Of a DNA stretch of 64,000 bases, positions 1 through 7,900 are shown piece after piece (position 1 is the stretch's first letter; each line of letters opens with the position of its first letter). The position numbers were made by a program, and so were the translations under genes. The notes under the pieces were generated by a model. The model saw only the letters and a list, made by a program, of their open reading frames with translations. It was not told the origin of the DNA and did not search any database. Source of the DNA: an uncultured Acidobacteriota bacterium (GTDB taxonomy: Bacteria; Actinomycetota; Acidimicrobiia; Spongiisociales; ZC4RG35); assembly GCA_963720925.1 (NCBI GenBank), contig CAVRHE010000003.1, positions 1,263 through 65,262 of the forward strand, given 5' to 3'.

Positions 1-403
1 GGGCATCGTCGTCGCCGTAATAGCCCTTTCGTATCCCCACCGGGGCCAGCCCGAGTCGGGCATACAAGCCACGGGCGGCCTCGTTGCGCGACCGCACCTC
101 GAGAGTCAGATGCCGGGCGCCGGCCTCGACCGCGGCCTCGATGAGTGACTTCATCAATTCAAAGCCCATTCCCTGGCGCCTCCGATCGGGGTCCACGAGC
201 AGATTGGTGACGTGGGCCTCATCGGCGACCAGCATCGCCCCGGCAAACCCCACCACGCCGTCCTCGTCGGCGGCCAGGTAGATCCGGTTCTCCGCGGCGA
301 GCTCGTTGCGGAACACGCCTTCGGACCAGGGGGCGGGCGCATTTGCCGCCTCGAGGGCCACCACCGCCTCGAGGTCGTCGATGGTGAGCGGTCGAATGAC
401 CAT
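1..403 (-). CDS. rimI: Ribosomal-protein-alanine N-acetyltransferase RimI (GNAT); 3' end runs off the left edge
   Basis: My own translation of the minus strand from ATG 401-403 gives MVIRPLTIDDLEAVVALEAANAPAPWSEGVFRNELAAENRIYLAADEDGVVGFAGAMLVADEAHVTNLLVDPDRRRQGMGFELMKSLIEAAVEAGARHLTLEVRSRNEAARGLYARLGLAPVGIRKGYYGDDDA... It carries the GNAT acetyl-CoA motif RRRQGMG. Its position directly after tsaE-tsaB matches the conserved tsaE-tsaB-rimI cluster. It is absent from the ORF track because the window edge truncates it. Confidence 0.85.
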   Translation of the reverse strand, partial: MVIRPLTIDDLEAVVALEAANAPAPWSEGVFRNELAAENRIYLAADEDGVVGFAGAMLVADEAHVTNLLVDPDRRRQGMGFELMKSLIEAAVEAGARHLTLEVRSRNEAARGLYARLGLAPVGIRKGYYGDDDA

Positions 404-408
404 GGTCT

Positions 409-1119
409 TCACGCCCCCGCCCACGGGCCCTCCTCACGCAGCTTGGCCCAGTTGATCGTCACGTCGGGCTCGCGGAGATACATGGGGCGGATCTCGGTCG
501 AAGGGGGGAACTCGTTCTTCTCGTACTTGCCCCGGGCCACCTCGGCCAACGCAACCGCATACGGGTACCGGGGCCGGCCCAGCTTCACCCGATGCAACCC
601 ACGCAACAATCCTTTGGGGAGAGCGCCGGTGTCCCCCACCACCAGGCTGTCCTCGGGGGCGGAGTCGAGCTGAGCCCGCAACACCTCGGGCTTGACCAAC
701 TCGGGGTCGGTCGCCCGCACCACCCCGCCCGGAACCGGCTGGTAGCGGGCCACGGCCAATTCACCCCGGCGGACGTCGACAACGGTCCAGATCAGCCGAT
801 GCCCGGTCCTTGCCTCCAGCGCGATGGCGTCGGTCGACACGGCGGGGATGATCGGGATCCCGAAGGCGGCGGCCAGGCCCTGAGCCGTGGCCACGCCGAC
901 GCGGATGCCCGTGTACAGCCCGGGCCCGATGTCGACGGCGACCGCGTCGAGAGCCGAAGGCGACCAGCCGACCTGGTCGAAGCAGAAGTCGATGGCGGGG
1001 ACGAGGAATGTGGCGTGACCGACCGGGTCGATCCGAGACGCTGCCGCCAGGGTCGTAGCGTCCTCGACCAACGCCACCGAAGCCCCAGGGGTGGAAGTCT
1101 CGATGGCGAGCAGCCTCAT
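409..1119 (-). CDS. tsaB: tRNA threonylcarbamoyladenosine (t6A) biosynthesis protein TsaB (YeaZ family)
   Basis: The ORF of 236 aa starts MRLLAIETSTPGASVALVED... and contains AVDIGPGLYTGIRVGVATAQGLA, typical of YeaZ/TsaB. It has a 4-nt overlap with tsaE upstream and lies 5 nt before rimI. Confidence 0.9.
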   Translation of the reverse strand: MRLLAIETSTPGASVALVEDATTLAAASRIDPVGHATFLVPAIDFCFDQVGWSPSALDAVAVDIGPGLYTGIRVGVATAQGLAAAFGIPIIPAVSTDAIALEARTGHRLIWTVVDVRRGELAVARYQPVPGGVVRATDPELVKPEVLRAQLDSAPEDSLVVGDTGALPKGLLRGLHRVKLGRPRYPYAVALAEVARGKYEKNEFPPSTEIRPMYLREPDVTINWAKLREEGPWAGA

Positions 1120-1568
1120 GCCACCAACCCGAGATCGCGCTTGACCCAGTTGCCACTCGGCTCGAGACGAAGGGTGCGGGAACCGTCCTCCTCGACAACG
1201 AAGTCGATCAGGAGGTGGTCCTCCGGGATCTCGCCTTCCAGTGCATCACCCCATTCGATGACGAGCACTCCGTTTACAGCCAGGTCCAGGACCTCGAGGT
1301 CGTCGAACTCGTTGATCGACGACAGCCGATAAACATCGACGTGGACCAGAGGAAGAAACCCGCTCCGGTAGTGGCGCACCAGGACGAACGAAGGGCTCAG
1401 CACCTGCTCCTCGATACCAAGACCGGCAGCGAGCCCCGTGGTGAACAACGTCTTGCCCACGCCGAGGCCGCCGGCGAGGAGGATGATGTCCCCCGGTCGA
1501 AGCGTGGCGGCAAGTTTCCGGGCGACGGCGCGGGTGTCTGCCTCGGTGGGACAATGGATCTCGATCAT
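1116..1568 (-). CDS. tsaE: t6A biosynthesis ATPase TsaE
   Basis: I chose the internal ATG at 1566-1568 (MIEIHCPTEADTRAVARKLAATLRPGDIILLAGGLGVGKT...). It has the P-loop GGLGVGKT and a YRL motif. The 62 upstream codons in the ORF track overlap the UDG gene and are Arg/Pro-rich. Start and stop overlap both neighbours. Confidence 0.85.
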   Translation of the reverse strand: MIEIHCPTEADTRAVARKLAATLRPGDIILLAGGLGVGKTLFTTGLAAGLGIEEQVLSPSFVLVRHYRSGFLPLVHVDVYRLSSINEFDDLEVLDLAVNGVLVIEWGDALEGEIPEDHLLIDFVVEEDGSRTLRLEPSGNWVKRDLGLVA

Positions 1569-2074
1569 CCGAACAGCTCCATTTGAGCAGGATCGGCTTC
1601 GTCCATCGCAGCTTCCTGCTCCGGCTCGGCCGGGGAGTCGAGGATGGTGCGCACCAGAGCGAAGTCCTCGCGCATCTGGTCGGCAACTCGGTCGCCGCCG
1701 CGGAGCGCGGCCGCAGGGTGGAACGTTGGGATGAGGAGCGTCCCCAGCCACCATTGGTGGGGCCGGCCTCGGAGCCGTGTGATCCCGGTCTCGGTGTTGA
1801 GCAGGAGCTTGGTGGCGAAATTCCCCAACGTCATAACCACCTCTGGCGCGATCAGCCTGATCTGCTCTCGGAGATAGCCCTTGCAGGCGTCGATCTCATC
1901 GGGCCGAGGGTCACGATTTCCCGGAGGACGGCATTTGAGGACGTTGGCGATGTACACCTCGGAACGCTGCATCCCGATCTCGCCGAGCAAGGTGTCGAGC
2001 AACTTGCCCGCAGCACCGACAAACGGCTCGCCCTGAAGGTCCTCGTTCTGACCGGGGGCCTCGCCCACGAACAT
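1565..2074 (-). CDS. Uracil-DNA glycosylase, family 4 (Fe-S type); the true 5' end probably lies upstream, near 2216
   Basis: The ORF reads MFVGEAPGQNEDLQGEPFVGAAGKLLD...TFHPAAALR (family-4 motifs GEAPG and HP). The same frame stays open upstream to the TAG just above 2227 and encodes ...WSDSIQILEELKARALVCTKCGLAETRTQVVFGVGDPQARL, the expected Cys-containing N-terminus. That stretch has no in-frame ATG/GTG/TTG. Confidence 0.8.
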   Translation of the reverse strand: MFVGEAPGQNEDLQGEPFVGAAGKLLDTLLGEIGMQRSEVYIANVLKCRPPGNRDPRPDEIDACKGYLREQIRLIAPEVVMTLGNFATKLLLNTETGITRLRGRPHQWWLGTLLIPTFHPAAALRGGDRVADQMREDFALVRTILDSPAEPEQEAAMDEADPAQMELFG

Positions 2075-2274
2075 GAGGCGGGCCTGGGGATCGCCAACGC
2101 CGAAGACGACCTGGGTCCGAGTCTCGGCCAGCCCGCATTTGGTGCAAACCAGGGCGCGCGCCTTCAGTTCTTCGAGGATCTGGATGCTGTCGCTCCACCG
2201 CCACCCATTGTGGCACTGGGCAGTTAGGACCTATCGCCGCACACCTGAGATTTCTGTTCCGGTTTTGTCAGAAA

Positions 2275-3157
2275 TCAGTCGGCGGCGGCCTTCACCGCCC
2301 GCTCTATCGCCGCGGCGGTGGCCCCGAAGGCGGCCTCGGCCAGCGTCTCGACATCCCCCTCGATCCCCCCACAGGCGACTGCGAAGACGATGTCACCGTC
2401 GTATCGGGTGTGTACCGGGCGAATGCAGACCGCCATGGCGTCGTGGGCACGGACTGCGAGTCGGCTCAGAGCTGCTCGGGTCATCACTGCGTCGGTGGCG
2501 ATCACGACCAGAGTCGTGTTGGGGACCGACTCCGGGAAAGGGGCCGGCGGGCCTGGCTCATGGTTCCCTCCTGTGAGGGACTCGCCCGTGATGCTGAAGA
2601 TGTCACCGACGGCGTTGAGCACGACCAGGGCGCCAACATGCGCATCGCCGGCAGGGCGCAGAGCAGATCCCAGACCACCCGGTTGCATGTGCTCGAACCC
2701 ACGCCATTTCGCCACGGTGGTGCCTGTCCCAACCCCTACCCGCCCCGAGATCACCGGGTCGGAGGTGGCGGCGCGGTAGGCCGCCTCGCCATGGTCGGGG
2801 CCGGGCCGGACTCCCCGATGCGGGATCGAGGTCGAACACCACTGCGGCCGGGACGATCGGCACCCGCGCCACGGGTGTGATGTGACCCCGGCCATCAGCT
2901 TCGAGCGCCCTGACCACGCCATCGGCCGCCGCCAAGCCGAAAGCACTACCTCCGGTGAGGAGGATCGCCTGGATCTGCTCGACCCGCATCCCATGCTCGA
3001 GCAGGGCTGTCTCCCTCGACCCCGGTGCGGCGCCACGCACTTCGCCGGCGGCGACGTTCGGCTCCGGGAAAACCACCACGGTGCATCCGGTCCCGGCAGC
3101 GGGGTCCGACCAATGGCCGACCTCGACACCTTCGATCGCGGTGATCGTGTCGTTCAC
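2275..3157 (-). pseudogene. DmpA/peptidase-S58 family aminopeptidase, reading frame broken once (pseudogene or consensus error)
   Basis: The N-terminal part lies in the frame of ORF 2603..3157 (MNDTITAIEGVEVGHWSDPAAGTGCTVVVFPEP...PIVPAAVVFDLD). The C-terminal part lies in the frame of ORF 2275..3129 (...RGVRPGPDHGEAAYRAATSDPVISGRVGVGTGTTVAKWRG...NTTLVVIATDA...). The junction is at the GGG run 2822-2824 (CCC on the coding strand). Removing one C gives the continuous sequence VVFDLDPHRGVRPGPD. Confidence 0.8.
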
Positions 3158-4230
3158 TCCACGTACCTCCTCGGGACCCGGGGGCCGATTTCGCAGACGA
3201 CCTCATACGAGATCGTGTCGAGGGCCCGGGCCCAGTCGTCGGCGGTGATCTCGGCATCACCCTGACGACCCATCAGCACCACCTCGTCACCAACCCCGAC
3301 GTCGGCATCGCCGACGTCGACCACGATCTGATCCATCGTCACGGTTCCCGCGAGTGAAAACGGCTCGCCACCGATCAGGACCCGGCCGGATGCGGAGAGT
3401 CGGCGCCGGTATCCGTCGGCATAACCGATCGGCACCGTCGCCACCAGCGCCGGGCCGGCCAGGGGACGGATCCGCCCGTAGCTGGGACGTGCCCCTGCCT
3501 CGAGCCGCTGAACGTGAGATACGTGGCTGACGATGCGCATGGCCGGGCGCAGGTCGATCATGTCCCGGGTCTCTTCGCAGGGATGGAGACCGTAGATGCC
3601 CAGCCCGACCCGAGCCAGAGAACGTCGGGCGCCGGGAAAGAGGACCGCACCGGCGGTGTTGGCCAGGTGGGCGATTGGAATGTCGTAAGCGGCCGTGATC
3701 TCGTCGAACCTCTCGATCTGGCGTCGGGTGTAGTCAGGGTCCTCGTCGGCTACAGGGAAGTGGGTCCACAGCGCGGCAACCTCGAGCGTCGGCCTGGCGG
3801 TGATCGCGTCCATCAATCCATCGAGCAGAGCCGGGCCAATGCCCACACGATGCATCCCGGTGTCGATCTTGACATGGAGGTCGAATCGGAACCCCGTCTC
3901 GGCCAGGGCCTCGACGAAGGCAAGCGAATAGACCGTCGGCGTCAGACCCCACTTGGCGACCTCGATCGCATCGCGGGGGTCAGGCTCGGACAGGATCAGG
4001 ATCGGCGCCTCGATCTCGGCCTCACGCAGACGGATCCCCTCCTCGAGGAGGGCCACCGCCAGCCAGCCGGCGCCTGCATCGATCGCTGCCTCGGCTACCG
4101 GGGCATCTCCGTGCCCGTAGGCGTCGGCCTTGACCACCACGCACAATTCGCTCGGGGCGATCAGGGCTCTGAAGGCGGCGACGTTGTGACGGATCGCATC
4201 CAGGTCGATCTCGGCATACGTCGGTCTCAC
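3154..4230 (-). CDS. alr: Alanine racemase
   Basis: The start is GTG 4228-4230, overlapping the nnr stop (GTGA). The protein begins VRPTYAEIDLDAIRHNVAAFRAL... and carries the PLP-lysine motif VVKADAYGHG. The C-terminal domain ends ...YEVVCEIGPRVPRRYVE. The longer ORF-track start (4317) overlaps nnr. Confidence 0.9.
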   Translation of the reverse strand: MRPTYAEIDLDAIRHNVAAFRALIAPSELCVVVKADAYGHGDAPVAEAAIDAGAGWLAVALLEEGIRLREAEIEAPILILSEPDPRDAIEVAKWGLTPTVYSLAFVEALAETGFRFDLHVKIDTGMHRVGIGPALLDGLMDAITARPTLEVAALWTHFPVADEDPDYTRRQIERFDEITAAYDIPIAHLANTAGAVLFPGARRSLARVGLGIYGLHPCEETRDMIDLRPAMRIVSHVSHVQRLEAGARPSYGRIRPLAGPALVATVPIGYADGYRRRLSASGRVLIGGEPFSLAGTVTMDQIVVDVGDADVGVGDEVVLMGRQGDAEITADDWARALDTISYEVVCEIGPRVPRRYVE

Positions 4231-5594
4231 CAGGCGAACCGGCCCACGTGCCGGGCCAGTGCATCGGCGGTGAGGGTGGTCGACCCGGCGAGATCGGCCC
4301 CGGCGACCCCATGCCAAAAGGCAGCCGACACGGCGGCGGTGCGGGCATCGAGGCCGCGAGCCCAGAGGGCTCCGATCATGCCGGCCAGGACATCCCCGGT
4401 GCCGATCGTCGCCAGCTCCGGCCCACCGGTGCGGACCAGGATCGGCTCCGAACCGTCGCTGATCAGCGTCGGATTCCCCTTCAACACCACAAGCAAACCC
4501 TTCCTGTGGGCGAATGCCCGGACGGAGAAGGCTCCGCTCCCGACCCCTGCCACCCGCTGGAACTCGGCGGCGTGCGGTGTGACCACGACTTCGGTGCCCC
4601 CTTCGGCTGCCGCTTCGAGTAGAGCGGGATCGAGGCCACCGGCGTCGAGGAGCACCCTTGACGCTTTGCCCAGTATGGGAAGCACCGCGTCACGATCGGA
4701 CTCGTCGAGCCCAGGCCCGACGATGGCCACGTCGAAGCGGTCGAGCCGTTCCTCAGCCTCCTCGAAGGACATCGTGAGGAGCTCGGGAGCCGCGGCGGTG
4801 ACGAGATCGCCGCGTGGCGATGAAACCGCCACCGAGCCTGCGCCGAAGTGGAGCGCCGACCTGGCGGCGAGGACACTGGCGCCGACCATACCGGTGGATC
4901 CACCGGCGACCAGAACCGCGCCGGCCGACCATTTGTGGGAGCGGCGGGGCCGGGGCGGACGGGGAGCATCCTCTTCCTCGGCCAGCCACATCGAAGCCTC
5001 ACCGCCTTCGATCCCGATGTCGGCGACGGTCACCACACCACAGTGGTCGGGGCCCTGTCCCCGGACATGACCCGTCTTGAGCGTCCCGAACGTCACGGTC
5101 TCTACGGCTCGAAAGGCCCGGTCCACGACATCGCCGCTGCTGGGGTCGAGCCCGGTCGGGTAATCGACCGCCACCACCGGGGCGGGAGTCGACATCCAGG
5201 CCACCACCTCACGGGTAAGACCACCCCGGGCACCGCCGCCGAACAATGCGTCGATGACGAGATCGGCGCTGCTCACTGCAGCGAGGCCTCGAATGGGCAC
5301 ACCACGTTCCCGGGCCAGGGCGGCGGCCCTTATCGCCTCCGAAGACCGGGGATCGGTCAGGGCATGGACCTCGACTGCCGCGCCGCGACCCTTGAGGTAC
5401 CGGGCGGCGACGTAGCCGTCTCCGCCGTTGTTACCCGGGCCGGCCAAAACCGCGACCCGCTTCCCGTAGCCGGCGCCGAGACGGGCGGCGGCCAGAGCGA
5501 CGGCGAACCCTGCACGGTCCATTGCTTGATCCATGTCGCCGGTGAAGGCCTGATCGACCCTCCGGTACTCCTCGGCGGTGAGGATCGGCTTCAT
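4227..5594 (-). CDS. nnr: Bifunctional NAD(P)H-hydrate repair enzyme (epimerase + ADP-dependent dehydratase)
   Basis: I chose the internal ATG 5592-5594 (MKPILTAEEYRRVDQ...). The N-terminal half is YjeF_N-like (VLAGPGNNGGDGYVAA). The C-terminal half is carbohydrate-kinase-like (…GTGDVLAGMIGALWARG). Confidence 0.85.
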   Translation of the reverse strand: MKPILTAEEYRRVDQAFTGDMDQAMDRAGFAVALAAARLGAGYGKRVAVLAGPGNNGGDGYVAARYLKGRGAAVEVHALTDPRSSEAIRAAALARERGVPIRGLAAVSSADLVIDALFGGGARGGLTREVVAWMSTPAPVVAVDYPTGLDPSSGDVVDRAFRAVETVTFGTLKTGHVRGQGPDHCGVVTVADIGIEGGEASMWLAEEEDAPRPPRPRRSHKWSAGAVLVAGGSTGMVGASVLAARSALHFGAGSVAVSSPRGDLVTAAAPELLTMSFEEAEERLDRFDVAIVGPGLDESDRDAVLPILGKASRVLLDAGGLDPALLEAAAEGGTEVVVTPHAAEFQRVAGVGSGAFSVRAFAHRKGLLVVLKGNPTLISDGSEPILVRTGGPELATIGTGDVLAGMIGALWARGLDARTAAVSAAFWHGVAGADLAGSTTLTADALARHVGRFAW

Positions 5595-5614
5595 CGCGTC
5601 GAGGCTACATGCGC

Positions 5615-6370
5615 CTAGACGACGCCCCTCGCCGCCCATGCCTTGCCGGTCACCACGAAAGGAGGCGAGGGCAGGAACTTGCGGCAGAGCTCTCGGAGCC
5701 TCGCCCGGGCGGTCGGATCGAGGGTGGCGGCGAAGTCTCCCGCGGGGCCGACTCCCAGAGTGAACGGTTCCCACCACTCGTCGAATGACGGGTGCTCGAG
5801 CGAAACCTTGAGCGAGGTCTCTTCGACCTGCCGCAGCCCCGCTTCACGGAAGATCTCCCCGAGCTCTCCCTGGCGCACGCCAGGGAGATGCGACTCGTCG
5901 TCCACACCCGGGTCGATCTCCCTCGCCGCCTTCCAAAACGACCTGAGGGGGCCTTGGCCACCTCCGTGATCCCACACACAAGCTGTGACCACCCCGCTAT
6001 CACGGGTGACCCGGGCCATCTCGGTCAATCCCGCCACAGGATCCGCCATGAAGTGGACGACGAGTTGGGCGAGGGTGACGTCGAACGTGTCGTCGCCGAA
6101 GGGGAGATTCTCCGCTGAGGAGGTTCGGGCGTCGATGCCGGGGTAGCGCTCACTGGCCGCACCGACGAAGGGCCCCGACGGGTCGACCGCGGCCACCAAC
6201 TCGGCTCCCAGTCGGTCGACCAGCACGCCGGTGAGGGCACCCGGGCCACAACCGACGTCGAGGGCGCGCTGACCGGGTTCTACGCCGGCCAGATCGGCCA
6301 GCTGCGGGCTGAGCAGCGCCGAATACCGGCCCATGAACCGGTCGTAGGCGACGGGAGCCGTGAAGCTCAT
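5615..6370 (-). CDS. Class I SAM-dependent methyltransferase
   Basis: The 251-aa ORF carries motif I ALDVGCGPGALT and the post-I acidic residue (AAVDPS). It has a 4-nt overlap with acpS upstream. Confidence 0.7.
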   Translation of the reverse strand: MSFTAPVAYDRFMGRYSALLSPQLADLAGVEPGQRALDVGCGPGALTGVLVDRLGAELVAAVDPSGPFVGAASERYPGIDARTSSAENLPFGDDTFDVTLAQLVVHFMADPVAGLTEMARVTRDSGVVTACVWDHGGGQGPLRSFWKAAREIDPGVDDESHLPGVRQGELGEIFREAGLRQVEETSLKVSLEHPSFDEWWEPFTLGVGPAGDFAATLDPTARARLRELCRKFLPSPPFVVTGKAWAARGVV

Positions 6371-6747
6371 GATTCGTGCTTCCCCACCGCTATTGCCATG
6401 ACCAGGGCGCTGGTGTCGGTGTGGGTGATCGTGACCATGACCTCAGTGACGCCGAGCATCTCAGCCCGACGTTGTGCGTTGCCAGACATCCGGACCGTCG
6501 GCTTGCCGCCTCCGGTGATCTCGATGTCGGTCCATCGGATCCTGCGCCAGCCGGTGCCCATCGACTTCATCACGGCCTCCTTACCCGCGAACCGGGCGGC
6601 GAATCGCCGGGCAGGATGGGCGAAGCGGAAGGCGTACTCCCGCTCGTGGTCGGTGAAACACCGCTCGGCGAAACGGGGATACTTGCCAAGTACTCGCTCG
6701 ACCCGGTCGACATCGGCCAGGTCGACCCCGAGTCCGATGATCCGCAT
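6367..6747 (-). CDS. acpS: Holo-[acyl-carrier-protein] synthase (4'-phosphopantetheinyl transferase)
   Basis: The 126-aa ORF reads MRIIGLGVDLADVDRVERV...FAGKEAVMKSMGTG...ITHTD, the typical AcpS length and motifs. Confidence 0.85.
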   Translation of the reverse strand: MRIIGLGVDLADVDRVERVLGKYPRFAERCFTDHEREYAFRFAHPARRFAARFAGKEAVMKSMGTGWRRIRWTDIEITGGGKPTVRMSGNAQRRAEMLGVTEVMVTITHTDTSALVMAIAVGKHES

Positions 6748-6748
6748 C

Positions 6749-7864
6749 TCAGGCCCGGCCGAACACGGATCTGATCTCGGTTACGACCCGATCCCGCTGT
6801 GATTCCGTCAGGGAGGACCCGCTCGGTATGCATAAGCCATGCTCGAACAACTGCTGCGAGACGGCGCCTCCGTACACCTCGCAGTCGACGAACACCGGTT
6901 GCAGATGCATCGGCTTCCATACCGGCCTCGCCTCGATATCGAGCGACTCGAGGTGGAGCCGCACCGCCTCCCGATTGACCCCGGCGACCGCGGGATCGAT
7001 GGTGAAGGTCGTCAGCCAGAACGTGGATCGGTTTCCCGGAGCCTCGGGCATGAACTCGACCCCCGGAAGGTCGCCGAGAGACTCCCGATAGAACTTGTTG
7101 TGGGCCCGTCTGATGTCGACCCGCCGCTTCAGGTCGGAGAGTTGAGACCGGCCCAGCGCGGCGAGGAGATTGGAGAGCCGGTAGTTGTAGCCGATGCTCG
7201 AGTGTTGATAGTGAGGGGCCGGGTCCCGGGCCTGGGTCGACAGCCAGCGGGCTTTGGCCGCCCACTCCGCGTCGTCCGTGACCATCGCCCCTCCGCCGCT
7301 GGTGGTGATGATCTTGTTCCCGTTGAAGGAAAGCGCCGCCATCGCCCCAAAGCTCCCGGCCGGCTCTCCCTTGTGGGTGGCCCCCAGGGCCTCGGCGGCG
7401 TCGGAGACCAGAGGCACCTCGTGTCTGGCGAGCAAAGGCACGATGGCGGTGTAGTCGGCACACTGCCCGTAGATGTCGACCGGGATGCAGGCCGCGTACT
7501 CGCCAGAGTCGAGAGCCTCGGCCAGCAAATCCGGATCCATGTTCCAGCTCTCGAGCGTGCTGTCGATCAGCACCGGCCGCGCCCCGACATAGCGAATTGC
7601 ATTGAGCGTCGCCGAAAAGGTGAGGCTTGATACGAGCACCCGATCGTCTTCTCCAACGCCAAGCAAAAGCAGGGCGAGGTGGAGGGCGGCCGTGCCGCTG
7701 GAGAGGGCGACGCCGTGGGACCGATTGCTCACTGATGCGAGCTCGGCTTCGAATGCGTCGACGTCGGGCCCGAGTGGGGCGATCCAGCCGCCCTCGAAGG
7801 CACGGTTGAGGGCCGCCTGGTCGGTGAGTCCGGTGTCGGGTGGGGAGAGATAGATGCGGCTCAT
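6749..7864 (-). CDS. DegT/DnrJ/EryC1/StrS-family PLP-dependent sugar aminotransferase
   Basis: The 371-aa ORF contains ...HGVALSSGTAALHLALLLLGV..., ...DAAEALGA... and SFNGNKIITTSGGGAM (the PLP-lysine context), typical of nucleotide-sugar aminotransferases (PglE/WbpE/EpsN-like). Confidence 0.8.
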   Translation of the reverse strand: MSRIYLSPPDTGLTDQAALNRAFEGGWIAPLGPDVDAFEAELASVSNRSHGVALSSGTAALHLALLLLGVGEDDRVLVSSLTFSATLNAIRYVGARPVLIDSTLESWNMDPDLLAEALDSGEYAACIPVDIYGQCADYTAIVPLLARHEVPLVSDAAEALGATHKGEPAGSFGAMAALSFNGNKIITTSGGGAMVTDDAEWAAKARWLSTQARDPAPHYQHSSIGYNYRLSNLLAALGRSQLSDLKRRVDIRRAHNKFYRESLGDLPGVEFMPEAPGNRSTFWLTTFTIDPAVAGVNREAVRLHLESLDIEARPVWKPMHLQPVFVDCEVYGGAVSQQLFEHGLCIPSGSSLTESQRDRVVTEIRSVFGRA

Positions 7865-7900
7865 CGAATGCCGATGAGGCTACCGGGGAACACGTGTCGT

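Noticed and set aside
2245-2278. A hairpin (CTGA-GA-TTTCTG / CAGAAATCAG) overlapping the DmpA stop codon, considered as a terminator.
   Set aside because: The stem is short, AT-rich and bulged, has a 12-nt loop and has no downstream U-tract on the coding strand. It is too weak to call.
3514-5070. A 518-aa plus-strand ORF, with many similar long ORFs elsewhere (for example 592-1332, 14637-15434, 23228-24298, 30448-31470, 54495-55814, 61098-62123).
   Set aside because: They lie antisense to, or out of frame with, genes that have clear family signatures. Their translations are Arg/Pro/Gly/Ser-rich low-complexity sequence with no motifs. This is the usual shadow-ORF behaviour of high-GC DNA.
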